DNA of 64,000 nt, taken from IMG/VR virus record IMGVR_UViG_3300033076_001012, positions 25,028 to 89,027 of that record. The stretch is one strand, 5' to 3'. A program made the translations under genes and the position numbers. The notes under the pieces are model-generated. The model made no database searches. It saw only the letters and a program-made list of their open reading frames with translations, and was not told the DNA's origin. Positions 19,327 through 29,650 of this stretch are shown here, in pieces (position 1 is the first letter of the stretch; every line of letters begins with the position of its first letter). The DNA comes from a virus (taxonomy: Duplodnaviria; Caudoviricetes).

Positions 19327-20568
19327 ATGTTATCTAACGGATTATTTAACACATTAATCGGTAAGTCAATTAGCCGTACAGCAAGTGTACAAGCTTATGA
19401 CCCAACAGCATCAGGCTTTTTGGCTGATGGAGAAGTAGTTGTTCTTGATAAAACAGGAGCTGCTCTAACACCTGGAAACACTGTATCAGACAGTGATTTT
19501 ATTACTATTGTACAACGCTCTGGAGCAACTGCTTCTACAAGTACTGTAAAACGTTCTGTACGTATTCAAGGAGCCAATGTAACTTCTTTTAAAGGAAAAT
19601 CTTACACTGCTGCTGCTGAACAAGTATCTTATGTGGGCTATAATGGAACTTCAGGTTCTATTGAAGCTTTAAATAGCAATACTTACCAACTACGCATTAA
19701 CTTTAAACATGATAAAGAAATGTGGAGTGAGCAAAACAATATTAACTATAACGAATATACATCTGATTCTTCAGCTACACAAGCTGAGATTGCGGCTGCC
19801 TTTGCTAAAAAATTCACTGCTCCATATCCTTCATCTAATGCTGATATTAAAGTAGAGCGTGTATGTGATGGAACTGCTACAGCTTTAGGTTCTTCTCGTA
19901 CACTTACTGTTACTAATGGTTCTACCACTGTAACAGCATCAGGTTCTGGACATAACTTAGTTGCTGGTGATGTAGTAAAAATTGGTGGTAACGCTACTAC
20001 AGATCCTGCATATCTTGTAGCATCTGTATCAGGTAGTACAACTATTGTACTTGATAGCGCTTTCCAAGGATCGAGTGCAAGTGGTGTTTCAGCTTATGAA
20101 ATGTCTTCTATCACTTCTTGGGGATTGAAAATTACAGGTAAAGCTCTTACCTTCTCTATCCCAATGTTCAGCACTTACATGAAAGTTGCATTTGATGTTA
20201 CTCTTGGTAACTTTGGTACAACTACTGTAACTGATTCAACTGCTCCTTCTAAAGGAAATGGTACATATGAACATGCTGCTGTGAGTGAATATTTCTCATT
20301 GGGATATGATGGATTCTTATCTACACGTAATGCGGTTCCTGCACAACCTGTACCTTTCTCAGATGCAACAAGTGGAACAAACTACGATGTTATCTCAATT
20401 GAAGGATACCTTGTAGAAGATGTTAGTGTTATTTCTGGAGCAAAACCTGCAAAATTTCAAGTACACATCTTTATGGTAGATGGAGCTTCTCAAACAACTA
20501 ATTTGTTGGCTCAATTAAATCCTTGGATGGCTTCTTGCCCTAAAACTTTTGCTAATATTACAGTTTAA
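19327..20568 (+). CDS. probable auxiliary capsid protein
   Basis: Own promoter and terminator; F.GK.Y....EQV.Y.GY motif; position in the head module. Confidence 0.6.
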   Translation: MLSNGLFNTLIGKSISRTASVQAYDPTASGFLADGEVVVLDKTGAALTPGNTVSDSDFITIVQRSGATASTSTVKRSVRIQGANVTSFKGKSYTAAAEQVSYVGYNGTSGSIEALNSNTYQLRINFKHDKEMWSEQNNINYNEYTSDSSATQAEIAAAFAKKFTAPYPSSNADIKVERVCDGTATALGSSRTLTVTNGSTTVTASGSGHNLVAGDVVKIGGNATTDPAYLVASVSGSTTIVLDSAFQGSSASGVSAYEMSSITSWGLKITGKALTFSIPMFSTYMKVAFDVTLGNFGTTTVTDSTAPSKGNGTYEHAAVSEYFSLGYDGFLSTRNAVPAQPVPFSDATSGTNYDVISIEGYLVEDVSVISGAKPAKFQVHIFMVDGASQTTNLLAQLNPWMASCPKTFANITV

Positions 20569-20578
20569 TAGTTAAATT

Positions 20579-20614
20579 ATAACCTCACTACTTAATGAGT
20601 AGTGAGGTTATTTT
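20579..20614 (+). terminator. intrinsic terminator
   Basis: AACCTCACTACT/AGTAGTGAGGTT stem plus T tract. Confidence 0.85.
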
Positions 20615-20674
20615 AACATTTTAGACATGATCAACTAAACAATTTACTAATCTTATTTAAAATATAAATAAAAA

Positions 20675-21088
20675 ATGGCTAACGAAAAAACAAGAAAAAG
20701 AGTAGCGAAAGCAACTTATGATTTTTCTGTAGATGGTGGAGCAGTATCAACAATAACTCCAGCTATTACTGAAATTATTCCAACAGGTGCAATTGTTACC
20801 GATGTAATTATTGATATGACTACAGCACTAACCTCTGGTGGATCTGCTACAGTAGCAGTTACAGCAGGAGGTGTTACAATTCAAGGAGCAGTTGACTATA
20901 ACCAATTACCGTATAGTGGTACAGGTTTAGGACACGTATTACGTGCAGGAGCTTCAGGAGCTACTGGTGTAACTACTGCACTATATCTTCCAATTAAAAC
21001 TACTTCTGATGCAGCAATTAAAGTTGCAATTGCAACAGCTGCTTTAACAGCTGGAAAATTTAATGTATTCGTAGAATACACTCTTTAA
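20675..21088 (+). CDS. structural protein (head decoration candidate)
   Basis: beta-rich, YDF.VDGGA; followed by terminator. Confidence 0.6.
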   Translation: MANEKTRKRVAKATYDFSVDGGAVSTITPAITEIIPTGAIVTDVIIDMTTALTSGGSATVAVTAGGVTIQGAVDYNQLPYSGTGLGHVLRAGASGATGVTTALYLPIKTTSDAAIKVAIATAALTAGKFNVFVEYTL

Positions 21089-21108
21089 TTATTCTAATTG
21101 TATAGTAT

Positions 21109-21138
21109 AATAAGGAGAGAACATACTCTCCTTATTTA
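21109..21138 (+). terminator. intrinsic terminator
   Basis: AATAAGGAGAG/CTCTCCTTATT stem. Confidence 0.75.
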
Positions 21139-21182
21139 CTTTATACTCTAACTAAAACATTAACGTATTAATAATCAATCTA

Positions 21183-21977
21183 ATGGCTACAATTGCAAGA
21201 ATATCAGTAACAAGTGCAAATAATGGTAAGTCATTCGATGTAACAGATGCTACTGGAGCATATAATGCTACTACTAACACAGGTGGATATGGATCTCCTA
21301 ATTTTACCACAGGAGATGTTACGGCTGCTACAGTACAAGTAACAGCTTTTGGTAGCACATCTACATATTCTGTAAACGTATATTCAACTCTTCCATCTTC
21401 TGCTTCTGCATCATTTACAATAAATAATGATGATATAGGTTTTGAAGATGATGAGGTAATAGCTGATGGTATTTATCTTATAAGATATAATCTTACAGGT
21501 AAATTCAACATAACTGCCGTATCAACAGGAGCTGGAGGAAGTTTTACGGTTTCAGGTAATAAATCAAGTGTATTCTCAACAGGAGATACATTTACAATTA
21601 CAGGCTCAACAAACAATAACGCTACTTGGACAATATCTGCTATAACTTATAACAGTGGTCCAAATACAACAACTTTTACGGTTACTGGTACAGTTGGTGC
21701 AACAGCTGATGGTCAAATAAACTTTTCAACATATACTTCAGTATATCAAATGTTTTATACAGAAGTGCAATCGTGTCTTCTTGAAAAATTAAGTGAGCTT
21801 GAAGTAAACGATTGTGCTGAATGTATGGAAGATAAACTTAAACGTATTTCTAAAATAGATGCTTTTTTATCAGCAGCAAGATATGCTGCTTTATGTGGTA
21901 AAGTAAATAAAGCAGATGCTTTACTTACCTATGTCACATCTCTTTGTGATTTGGAAGATTGTGATACTTGCAATTAA
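21183..21977 (+). CDS. probable tail hub protein
   Basis: D.TGAY......GGYG.PN N-terminus; Cys-rich helical C-terminus; precedes fibres. Confidence 0.55.
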   Translation: MATIARISVTSANNGKSFDVTDATGAYNATTNTGGYGSPNFTTGDVTAATVQVTAFGSTSTYSVNVYSTLPSSASASFTINNDDIGFEDDEVIADGIYLIRYNLTGKFNITAVSTGAGGSFTVSGNKSSVFSTGDTFTITGSTNNNATWTISAITYNSGPNTTTFTVTGTVGATADGQINFSTYTSVYQMFYTEVQSCLLEKLSELEVNDCAECMEDKLKRISKIDAFLSAARYAALCGKVNKADALLTYVTSLCDLEDCDTCN

Positions 21978-22006
21978 TAATATATTAACAATATAAACAC
22001 ACTAAA

Positions 22007-23641
22007 ATGGCTTGTGTAGATTGTCAAAATTCTTTAACATTACCTGTAGGTGCAATTGGCCCAACAGGAGCAACAGGAGCAACAGGCGCTACTGGAGCCA
22101 CTGGTGCTACAGGAGCAACAGGAACAGATGCTCCTCCTGTAGCAGTATCATCTGTTACCTCCAATGCTATAACAGTAGCTCAAAAAACATTCACTACTAA
22201 TGTAACTCCAGCCTTTGCTCCAGGACAAACACTTAGAGCAATAGCTGCATCTGCTCCTTCTAATTATTTAGAAGGAACTCTGAATTCTGCATCATCAGGT
22301 ACAACAGTCATTATTGATACAACAAGAATTGTTGGTTCAGGAACATATTCTGATTGGGATATAGTAGTATCAGGAGATGTTGGTGCTACAGGTGCTACAG
22401 GTGCGGCTGGAGCCGCAGGAGCCAACGGTGCTGGATATTATGCAACATCTTCTTCAAGTGTTGCTATAGGTACAGGTGCTAAATCCTTTACTACACAGTC
22501 AGGTTTAGCATACTCCACTAATGCTAGAGTTAGAATGGCGAACTCCTCTACAAATTATATGGAAGGTGTTGTTTCAAGTTATTCAGGAACAACTCTTGAT
22601 GTTACAGTAGATAGAATTGTTGGAAGCGGTACATATAGTTCATGGACTATAAATATAGCAGGTGATGTAACAACACTTACTGACACAGGATGGACAAACC
22701 TTAGTGGATTTGATCATTTACCATCTGCATCAAGACCTCAGTATAGAATTTTAAATAAAATGGTAGCCTTTAGAGGAACAGCTGTTATTCCTTTATCAAC
22801 AGATACAGGAGGTACAACAACTGGTTTAACTCTTGTAGCATACACAACAGAAAATGATTATGCTGCATCTACAGGTAAAGTAGTACCTTATCAAGGTTCA
22901 GGAGGAGTGGATTTAAATAGTGCAGGAGATTTAAAATTTAATAAATCTGCTAACGCTATAGGTGGTTATACACCTGATAACACTTATTTTAAAGAAGTGA
23001 TTGGTATGCGTAGAGTAGATTCCTCCTCAGGAAGTGAAGAAGTACTTTACACCGGACATTTTAGAGCATATATAACATCAGCAGGATTATTAGGTGTGCA
23101 AACACTTAAAGACCATGAATTGTTTAATGGAACTTTAACAGGACATTCTCAATTAAGAAATTTAACAGCTAATGTTACAAGTGGAGATTATGTTACATTA
23201 AAAAATACAAGCGATAGTGTTGGTGCAGTTTCCCAAGCTACAAGTATTACTACTGGTGTTACTCTTAATAGACGTAAAGGTGTAATAACAACACAAAGTG
23301 CATCAGCTGCTGCTGGAGCATCGCATACATTTACTGTAACTAATAGTACAGGTGATTCTAATGCAACACTTTTAGTATCTATAATAAACTACTCAGGAAC
23401 ATTCTCTACAAACGGTATACCTATTATAAATGTAGATAATAGAGGTTCAGGAACTTTTGATATAGTTATATCTAATGGACACTCAGCAAACGCTTTGAGC
23501 GGTACTCTTGTACTATCTTATGAATTAGTTAATACTCAAAACTCTATAACTCATCAGGTTACACTTGATGCTGCTGAACCTTTCCAAATAGGTGGATTTA
23601 ACATTAACTTAGATGGATTAACTGCATACTTAGCTCCGTAA
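22007..23641 (+). CDS. tail fibre with collagen-like repeats
   Basis: Two Gly-X-Y runs (GATGATG...), a duplicated ~80-aa domain (NY.EG......G.T......RIVGSGTYS.W), N-terminal CxxC. Confidence 0.8.
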   Translation: MACVDCQNSLTLPVGAIGPTGATGATGATGATGATGATGTDAPPVAVSSVTSNAITVAQKTFTTNVTPAFAPGQTLRAIAASAPSNYLEGTLNSASSGTTVIIDTTRIVGSGTYSDWDIVVSGDVGATGATGAAGAAGANGAGYYATSSSSVAIGTGAKSFTTQSGLAYSTNARVRMANSSTNYMEGVVSSYSGTTLDVTVDRIVGSGTYSSWTINIAGDVTTLTDTGWTNLSGFDHLPSASRPQYRILNKMVAFRGTAVIPLSTDTGGTTTGLTLVAYTTENDYAASTGKVVPYQGSGGVDLNSAGDLKFNKSANAIGGYTPDNTYFKEVIGMRRVDSSSGSEEVLYTGHFRAYITSAGLLGVQTLKDHELFNGTLTGHSQLRNLTANVTSGDYVTLKNTSDSVGAVSQATSITTGVTLNRRKGVITTQSASAAAGASHTFTVTNSTGDSNATLLVSIINYSGTFSTNGIPIINVDNRGSGTFDIVISNGHSANALSGTLVLSYELVNTQNSITHQVTLDAAEPFQIGGFNINLDGLTAYLAP

Positions 23642-23683
23642 ACATGACTTACTCTTTATCAATGCTGTATAGCTGATAAGGCA

Positions 23684-23965
23684 GTGAAATATATTCATAA
23701 AGAAACATCTGGTCAATACAACCTTGATTGTGAGCTAAATAAAATAATTGCTGCTGTAAGATTACTTGAAGGATTAAAATGTCCAGATACTATTATAGAA
23801 CTTGAACAATTAACTCAGACAGAACTTGAAGCTACTCTTGAACAATTAACTGACTATTGTAACTGTATACAATGTATGGATGATGAAGATATTATAGATG
23901 ATACATTACCTACAGGTTTAAATGAGTTACTTCACGATGATGATGACTCTATATTACTTTCTTAA
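23684..23965 (+). CDS. Cys-rich tail-associated protein (start uncertain)
   Basis: GTG start; frame is open 12 codons further upstream (LTLYQCCIADKA). Confidence 0.55.
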   Translation: MKYIHKETSGQYNLDCELNKIIAAVRLLEGLKCPDTIIELEQLTQTELEATLEQLTDYCNCIQCMDDEDIIDDTLPTGLNELLHDDDDSILLS

Positions 23966-23982
23966 TACCAAACAACACAACA

Positions 23983-25746
23983 ATGGCTGGTAAAAAAATA
24001 CATCAATTAGCAGAAACTACTTCATTGGATAGCAATGACAGAATACCTCTTGATAGATTTGGTACTGATAGTGAGTGGGGAAACTATTATATAAAAGCTT
24101 CTAATTTAGTTGGTACAATCAGTGGAAGTGGTACAGCTAATAAGCTAGTTAAATGGAACACTTCTTCAACACTTACAAATAGTGGTTTTTTAGCTGAAAG
24201 CGTTAATGGTATATCATTAACAACAGGTTACTTAGCTGTTGGAGATACAGTATCTGCAACTAACAGTTTATTGATAAAAGCTGTTGTAGCAAATACAAAC
24301 ATTGCTGACTTTAAAAAAACAGATGGTACATCTATAACAACAATATCTAACTCTGGATTTGTTGGTATAAATAAATCAACTCCATCTGCAACATTACATA
24401 TTAAATCTACAGGTACAACAATTCTACAAGTAGAAGAAAGTACTTCATCTATTTTAATGATGAAAATACATAATACAGGAGCTATTTCTTTAGGTAGAGG
24501 AGGAGCAGCTACAGGAGATGAAAGTATAGCTTTAGGCTATGGTACAACTGCTACTAATAGTAGTACTGTACTAGGATCATCTTCTTCAGGAACAGGAACG
24601 TATGCAGTAGTTATAGGAGCAGGTTGTAATACAGCTGTTAGAGCAACAGTTGTAGGTAGTTCTTCATCTGCATCAGGAGGATACGCTGTTGCTTTAGGTC
24701 AGGAAAATACAGCGAGTGGCGTAGGAGCATATGCTATGGGTTATTTAGCTACATCAAGTGCTGACTATGCATATGCTTTAGGTACTCAAACAACTTCTTC
24801 TCATGCACATTCCTATGCTATTGGAAGAGGAGCTACGACAGGAGCAACTAATCAAATAATATTAGGAAGCAGTGCTTCTTATGTTTATAAAGTAGGCATA
24901 AATACAAATACTACAGATGCAAATCTACATATAAAAACTACAGATAATAGTTCATCTTCAAAAGCTATATTGATTAAGAATTTAGCAGGTAATACATTAT
25001 TTGTACAAAACAATGATGGAAGTTTTGCCATAGGTAAGTCAGCTTCTAATTACAATAGTAGATCTGTAACAATAGGTGAAAGTGCGACAACTACACATCA
25101 GGAAAGCGTTGCGCTCGGTGCGCTATCTTCAGCAGGTTTATATACAGTTGCTTTAGGTGATCAAGCAGTTGGACTATCAAACTGTGTAGTTATTGGTAAA
25201 AACGCAACTACATCATCAAATGATGCAATTTCTATTGGAGGAGGTAGTACAGTAAATGGTTTAAGTTCTTATGTATTTGGAGTTAATAATACAATTAACG
25301 GTTCATACATAACTTGTTTAGGTTATAGCAATACATATACAGGAGGAGGCTCTGGAGAACCAACGTTTCTTTATGGTGAAAGTAGTAGATTTTTTATTGA
25401 AAATGTAAGAAATGGAATAGATAGAGAATTTAAATTACGATCTGTTACTTCAGATGGTACAACAACTTTAAAAAATTCTGCTATATTATTACTTTCTTCA
25501 TATTATAGTGGAAGTGCGAATGACTATGAATGTAATATAAAACATGAATTATTAACAACTTCACCAACAAGTATGTTAAATATATCATTTGGTGGAACAT
25601 CAAGATTTAAGTTTTATAGTAGTGGAAAAGCAAACTTCTCTAACTTACAAATTGGCAATGCAGGATTATCAACAGGTGACTTATATCAAGATACGGCAGC
25701 TAATATTTTAGCAGCTGGAGATAAAATAGTTGCGATTAAAGTTTAA
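23983..25746 (+). CDS. tail fibre/adhesin with YadA-head-like repeats
   Basis: ~14-aa repeats of type A.ALG..A.A....S.V.G. Confidence 0.75.
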   Translation: MAGKKIHQLAETTSLDSNDRIPLDRFGTDSEWGNYYIKASNLVGTISGSGTANKLVKWNTSSTLTNSGFLAESVNGISLTTGYLAVGDTVSATNSLLIKAVVANTNIADFKKTDGTSITTISNSGFVGINKSTPSATLHIKSTGTTILQVEESTSSILMMKIHNTGAISLGRGGAATGDESIALGYGTTATNSSTVLGSSSSGTGTYAVVIGAGCNTAVRATVVGSSSSASGGYAVALGQENTASGVGAYAMGYLATSSADYAYALGTQTTSSHAHSYAIGRGATTGATNQIILGSSASYVYKVGINTNTTDANLHIKTTDNSSSSKAILIKNLAGNTLFVQNNDGSFAIGKSASNYNSRSVTIGESATTTHQESVALGALSSAGLYTVALGDQAVGLSNCVVIGKNATTSSNDAISIGGGSTVNGLSSYVFGVNNTINGSYITCLGYSNTYTGGGSGEPTFLYGESSRFFIENVRNGIDREFKLRSVTSDGTTTLKNSAILLLSSYYSGSANDYECNIKHELLTTSPTSMLNISFGGTSRFKFYSSGKANFSNLQIGNAGLSTGDLYQDTAANILAAGDKIVAIKV

Positions 25747-25772
25747 TATATATTAATATATAATACAGACAT

Positions 25773-26129
25773 ATGGGAAATTTACTTTCACAATCACAGT
25801 TTTTACAACAAATATCTACAAGTTTAGGAAACTATCCTCAAGCTTTAGGTTATGAATCAATTACTGTTGATAATACAGTTAAAAAATTTACAATACCTTC
25901 AAATGCTAATAGAGCACTTGTTGTAGTTGCAAGTTCAGTAGCTGCACCTGCTTTCTCTATAAGATATAGAGAAGATGGTGGAGCACCTACTGCAAGCGCA
26001 GGAGGAGGTATGCCAAAAGGTAACACTGATGCTTTTGAAATAACAGGAGCTGAAAACTTAGCACGTTTTGCTGTAATACAGGAAACTGCTGGTACACATT
26101 ATCTTAACATTACTTACTACAGTAGATAA
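25773..26129 (+). CDS. small structural protein
   Basis: beta-rich, inside fibre cluster. Confidence 0.55.
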   Translation: MGNLLSQSQFLQQISTSLGNYPQALGYESITVDNTVKKFTIPSNANRALVVVASSVAAPAFSIRYREDGGAPTASAGGGMPKGNTDAFEITGAENLARFAVIQETAGTHYLNITYYSR

Positions 26130-26164
26130 GTAATATAAGTTAGCACAATTTAACTTTTAGCTAC

Positions 26165-27709
26165 ATGGCAAGCACAGTAGTAAGAAAAATATTTACAACA
26201 GCATCAGGTGGTAGCGGTTCCTCTATAACATTAGTTGCAGGAACTAACATTACTATTGATAATACTGATCCTACACAACCAATTATATCAACTACTGCTG
26301 ATGATATTACTATAGTTGCTAACTATTCTGCTCTACCTGCTGCAAACACTGTATCAGGAAAATTTTATTGGTGTTCAGCATCACAAGGTACAAGTTGGTT
26401 ACCTGGTTCTCTTGGAGGCACTTATTATTCAGCAGGTTTATACTATTCTAATGGTACAACTTGGGAATTTATAGATGTACCTTATCAAGCAACTCAAGCA
26501 ACCGTTGATACAGGAACAAATACTAACCAGTTTGTAACACCGAGTACATTTACTAATGCAAGTAAGTGGGCTAACTATGGATTATTAGCTAATCCATTAT
26601 CTCAATTTGCAGCTACAACATCTGCTCAGTTAGCAAGTGTTATTAGTGATGAAACAGGAAGTGGAGCATTAGTATTTGGTACAACTCCTACTTTTACAAC
26701 AAATATAACAACTCCTAAGATAATTGGAGGAACAGGTATAGGAAGCAGTTTAGATATACAATCTACAAGTGGAGTAGGTTCGTCAGACTATATAAGGTTT
26801 TTGGTAGGTAATAATGGAGCAACAGAAGCTGCTAGATTTTTAACAGGTGGTGCGCTTCTTATAAATAGAACAACTGCTACATCAGCTGCCGGTAAAGTAG
26901 AATTGTCAACAGGTAACAATGCGTATGGATATACCCACACTAACGGTACAATAATACTCACAACATATGTGGATGTAAGTACAGCATCATATTTAGGAAC
27001 TGCTACAAATCATGCTTTAGATTTATTTGTTAATAATGGTGCAACAAGATTAAGAGTACAAGCTGGAGGAAATATCGGTATAGGTAGTAAGTTATATATA
27101 AGTAATGTAGCAAGTACTCCAACTGCTCTACTTCATTTAGGCGCAGGTTCTTCATCTGCTAACAGTGCTCCTGTAAAATTAACTACAGGTACACCGAATA
27201 CTACTGCCGAAGCAGGGGCTTTAGAATATAATACACCACAACTTCTTTTTACAAATGGTGGTGGACAAAGACAAGAAATACCATTAATACAACAAACGAG
27301 AGTAAGTACTCAATTAGATGTCACATCTTCAACATCTGTTGTCCAAGTAACTGGACTTACATCAACTCTTGTGGCTGGAAAAATATATAAATTTGAAGTA
27401 AAATTATTCGTTGATGCATCAGGTGGAGGTACAAGAGTTTCTTTTGGTGGTACAGCAACAGCTACAACATTTATCAATCAGTATAATATATTAGATAATG
27501 CAACAAGTGGTGTTTTACCATCACGAACAACAGCATTAACTACAGAAGTAACTAACAATCCGCTAACGAGCGGATTTATAACAATGGAAGGAACAATTGT
27601 TGTTAATGGAGCAGGCACTTTTTATCCCACATTTGCACAGAAAACATCTAACGGTACGGCATCAAGCGTACTTGTTGGTTCATCTTTTATAGTAATGGAA
27701 ACAGCATAA
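26165..27709 (+). CDS. tail fibre protein
   Basis: Thr/Gly/Ser-rich; SAQLA..ISDETGSG.LVF..TPT fibre motif. Confidence 0.75.
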   Translation: MASTVVRKIFTTASGGSGSSITLVAGTNITIDNTDPTQPIISTTADDITIVANYSALPAANTVSGKFYWCSASQGTSWLPGSLGGTYYSAGLYYSNGTTWEFIDVPYQATQATVDTGTNTNQFVTPSTFTNASKWANYGLLANPLSQFAATTSAQLASVISDETGSGALVFGTTPTFTTNITTPKIIGGTGIGSSLDIQSTSGVGSSDYIRFLVGNNGATEAARFLTGGALLINRTTATSAAGKVELSTGNNAYGYTHTNGTIILTTYVDVSTASYLGTATNHALDLFVNNGATRLRVQAGGNIGIGSKLYISNVASTPTALLHLGAGSSSANSAPVKLTTGTPNTTAEAGALEYNTPQLLFTNGGGQRQEIPLIQQTRVSTQLDVTSSTSVVQVTGLTSTLVAGKIYKFEVKLFVDASGGGTRVSFGGTATATTFINQYNILDNATSGVLPSRTTALTTEVTNNPLTSGFITMEGTIVVNGAGTFYPTFAQKTSNGTASSVLVGSSFIVMETA

Positions 27710-27735
27710 TAATATAAACATAAATAAATAATAAT

Positions 27736-28104
27736 ATGGGAGCATTAGTAAAAAAAGTAATAGGTCAAGATGTAAAAACAGGTTTAAATATTGAGTGCCA
27801 AATTTGGCAAATAGTTATTGATAGTAAAGCAGAAATGATAAATGTAGTTTATGATTTAGTTTTACTTGCTCCAAACGGAGAGATAGCTACTGTATTAAAA
27901 ACAGATCATTTTGTAAGATTAAATCAACCTGCTATTTTAGATAAAGATGGTAATACTATTAAATTAGCAAATTTGAGATTTAATGATTTGAGAGTTTCTC
28001 CAATAGGACAAGCTATTATTGGAATGTTAACAACAGATATAAACTTAGTACAAACTGTAACATCTATTGTTACAGATTTAGAACAAAAACAACAAACTCC
28101 TTAA
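27736..28104 (+). CDS. hypothetical protein (possible fibre chaperone)
   Basis: Follows fibre gene. Confidence 0.55.
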   Translation: MGALVKKVIGQDVKTGLNIECQIWQIVIDSKAEMINVVYDLVLLAPNGEIATVLKTDHFVRLNQPAILDKDGNTIKLANLRFNDLRVSPIGQAIIGMLTTDINLVQTVTSIVTDLEQKQQTP

Positions 28105-28466
28105 TGTCATATCTTAAAAGTTTTATATTATTTATAATAGCTGTAAGCTTATTTATACCAATTGGTATAGTAGGGTTCATTATTCAAATAATTTGGAATC
28201 TTGCAGAATTTGATGTATATTTAGCAAATGTTGCTATCCAGTTTGATAGAACTGGAAATGTAGTTTGTCCTGAACTACTTGATTTACTGTTTATTAAGAA
28301 GGCTACTGGTCATAGATTTGGTAATAATGAAACAGTAAGTTGTGTTATAGGGTTAAACAAAGCAACAAATACATTAACGTGGCTTGGTATACTGCTTTAC
28401 AAGACACTTAATAAAATAGACGAAAATCATTGTGAAAAAGCAGTAAAAAAAGAATATAAAAAATAA
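28104..28466 (+). CDS. membrane-anchored phage protein
   Basis: N-terminal TM; SCVIG.NK...TLT.LG..L...L..ID.NHC. Confidence 0.65.
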   Translation: MSYLKSFILFIIAVSLFIPIGIVGFIIQIIWNLAEFDVYLANVAIQFDRTGNVVCPELLDLLFIKKATGHRFGNNETVSCVIGLNKATNTLTWLGILLYKTLNKIDENHCEKAVKKEYKK

Positions 28467-28470
28467 AAGT

Positions 28471-28638
28471 ATGAAAGAGAAGTTGGAAAAAAGACTTGAT
28501 GAATTAAACAAAGCAAAAGAACAGTTTATTGCTAATGCTAATGCTTGTGAAGGAGGTATTTTAGAAATTACACAATTGCTAAAAGAATTGAAAGAATCCA
28601 CACCTGTTCTTAAAAAGGAAGAATCTAATAAAAAATAA
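28471..28638 (+). CDS. small coiled-coil protein (55 aa, not in ORF track)
   Basis: MKEKLEKRLDELNKAKEQ...; fills gap on the coding strand. Confidence 0.6.
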   Translation: MKEKLEKRLDELNKAKEQFIANANACEGGILEITQLLKELKESTPVLKKEESNKK

Positions 28639-28659
28639 TTTAGTAATTTTTTATCTATT

Positions 28660-28917
28660 ATGGCTCCAAGTAATCGTGATCCACTACAAGAAATGATTTA
28701 CAACACTCTTGTTGGAATAAAAGAAGATATTGGTAAATTAACCGCTAATAGTGAATATCAAAGTAAAGCCATTGAAATAGTTAGTGATTCTCACTATAAA
28801 TTAAAAAATGATTTTACTGTACATAAGACTAAAGTAGTTACTATAAGTGGAGTAATAGGTACTTTTTTTGGAGGATTATTTGGAGCTATAGTTGCATGGT
28901 TTACTAAACATATTTAA
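28660..28917 (+). CDS. holin/antiholin-like membrane protein
   Basis: Coiled coil plus single C-terminal TM, upstream of endolysin. Confidence 0.55.
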   Translation: MAPSNRDPLQEMIYNTLVGIKEDIGKLTANSEYQSKAIEIVSDSHYKLKNDFTVHKTKVVTISGVIGTFFGGLFGAIVAWFTKHI

Positions 28918-28925
28918 TATCTAGA

Positions 28926-29408
28926 ATGGATAATATTTCTATAAAAAGAATTGCTACCTTACATCCTAAATTAAGGTCTGAAGCTGGAAACATTTTATTA
29001 GAATGTGAAAAGGCCAACGTTAGTATTAGAATAACATCTGCATTTAGAACTCCTGAAGAACAAGATTCTTTATTTGAACAAGGAAGAACTAAACCTGGAG
29101 TGATTGTAACAAACGCTAAAAGATGGCAGTCATACCATAACTACGGTTTAGCAGTTGATATATGTTTATATAGAAAAGATGGTAGCATAAGTTACTCTGC
29201 AAAAGAAGATTTGGATAATGATGGAATAGCTGATTGGTTTGAAGTAGTAGCCATATTTAAAAAATATGGTTGGGAATGGGCAGGTGATTGGAAAACATTT
29301 AAAGAGTTTCCACATTTACAAAAAACATTTGGATATAAAGAAATTACACTTCAAGATATTGTTTTAAACAAAAAACAACTTATAGATAACAAATATCCAA
29401 TTATATGA
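28926..29408 (+). CDS. endolysin, M15 (L-Ala-D-Glu) peptidase
   Basis: ITSAFRT..EQ..LF.QGRT.PG.IVTNA...QSYHNYGLAVD...W.GDW..FK..PHLQ. Confidence 0.92.
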   Translation: MDNISIKRIATLHPKLRSEAGNILLECEKANVSIRITSAFRTPEEQDSLFEQGRTKPGVIVTNAKRWQSYHNYGLAVDICLYRKDGSISYSAKEDLDNDGIADWFEVVAIFKKYGWEWAGDWKTFKEFPHLQKTFGYKEITLQDIVLNKKQLIDNKYPII

Positions 29409-29650
29409 TAAAACTTAAAAAATATTCTAGTGAAGGTAGAAAGACTAAACTATGGTCTGATTTACTAATGACATTTTCTGTAGCTGCTATGACAATTACT
29501 GTAGGTTTACCATTATCAGACCATGATATTAAATGGGTAAATTTTGGAATAGGTGTAGTTGGATTAATGGGTAAATTATTAACCAATGTTGCAGAATTTA
29601 AAATAAAAGAAGAAGAAACTGTAGAAGAAGAACCTAATGAAACTAAATAA
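29405..29650 (+). CDS. putative holin
   Basis: Two TM segments, charged C-terminus, overlaps endolysin. Confidence 0.6.
   Translation: MIKLKKYSSEGRKTKLWSDLLMTFSVAAMTITVGLPLSDHDIKWVNFGIGVVGLMGKLLTNVAEFKIKEEETVEEEPNETK

Noticed and set aside
22007-27709. Tail fibres as DGR targets
   Set aside because: I found no segment resembling TR1-3 in these genes by eye; a self-BLAST would confirm.
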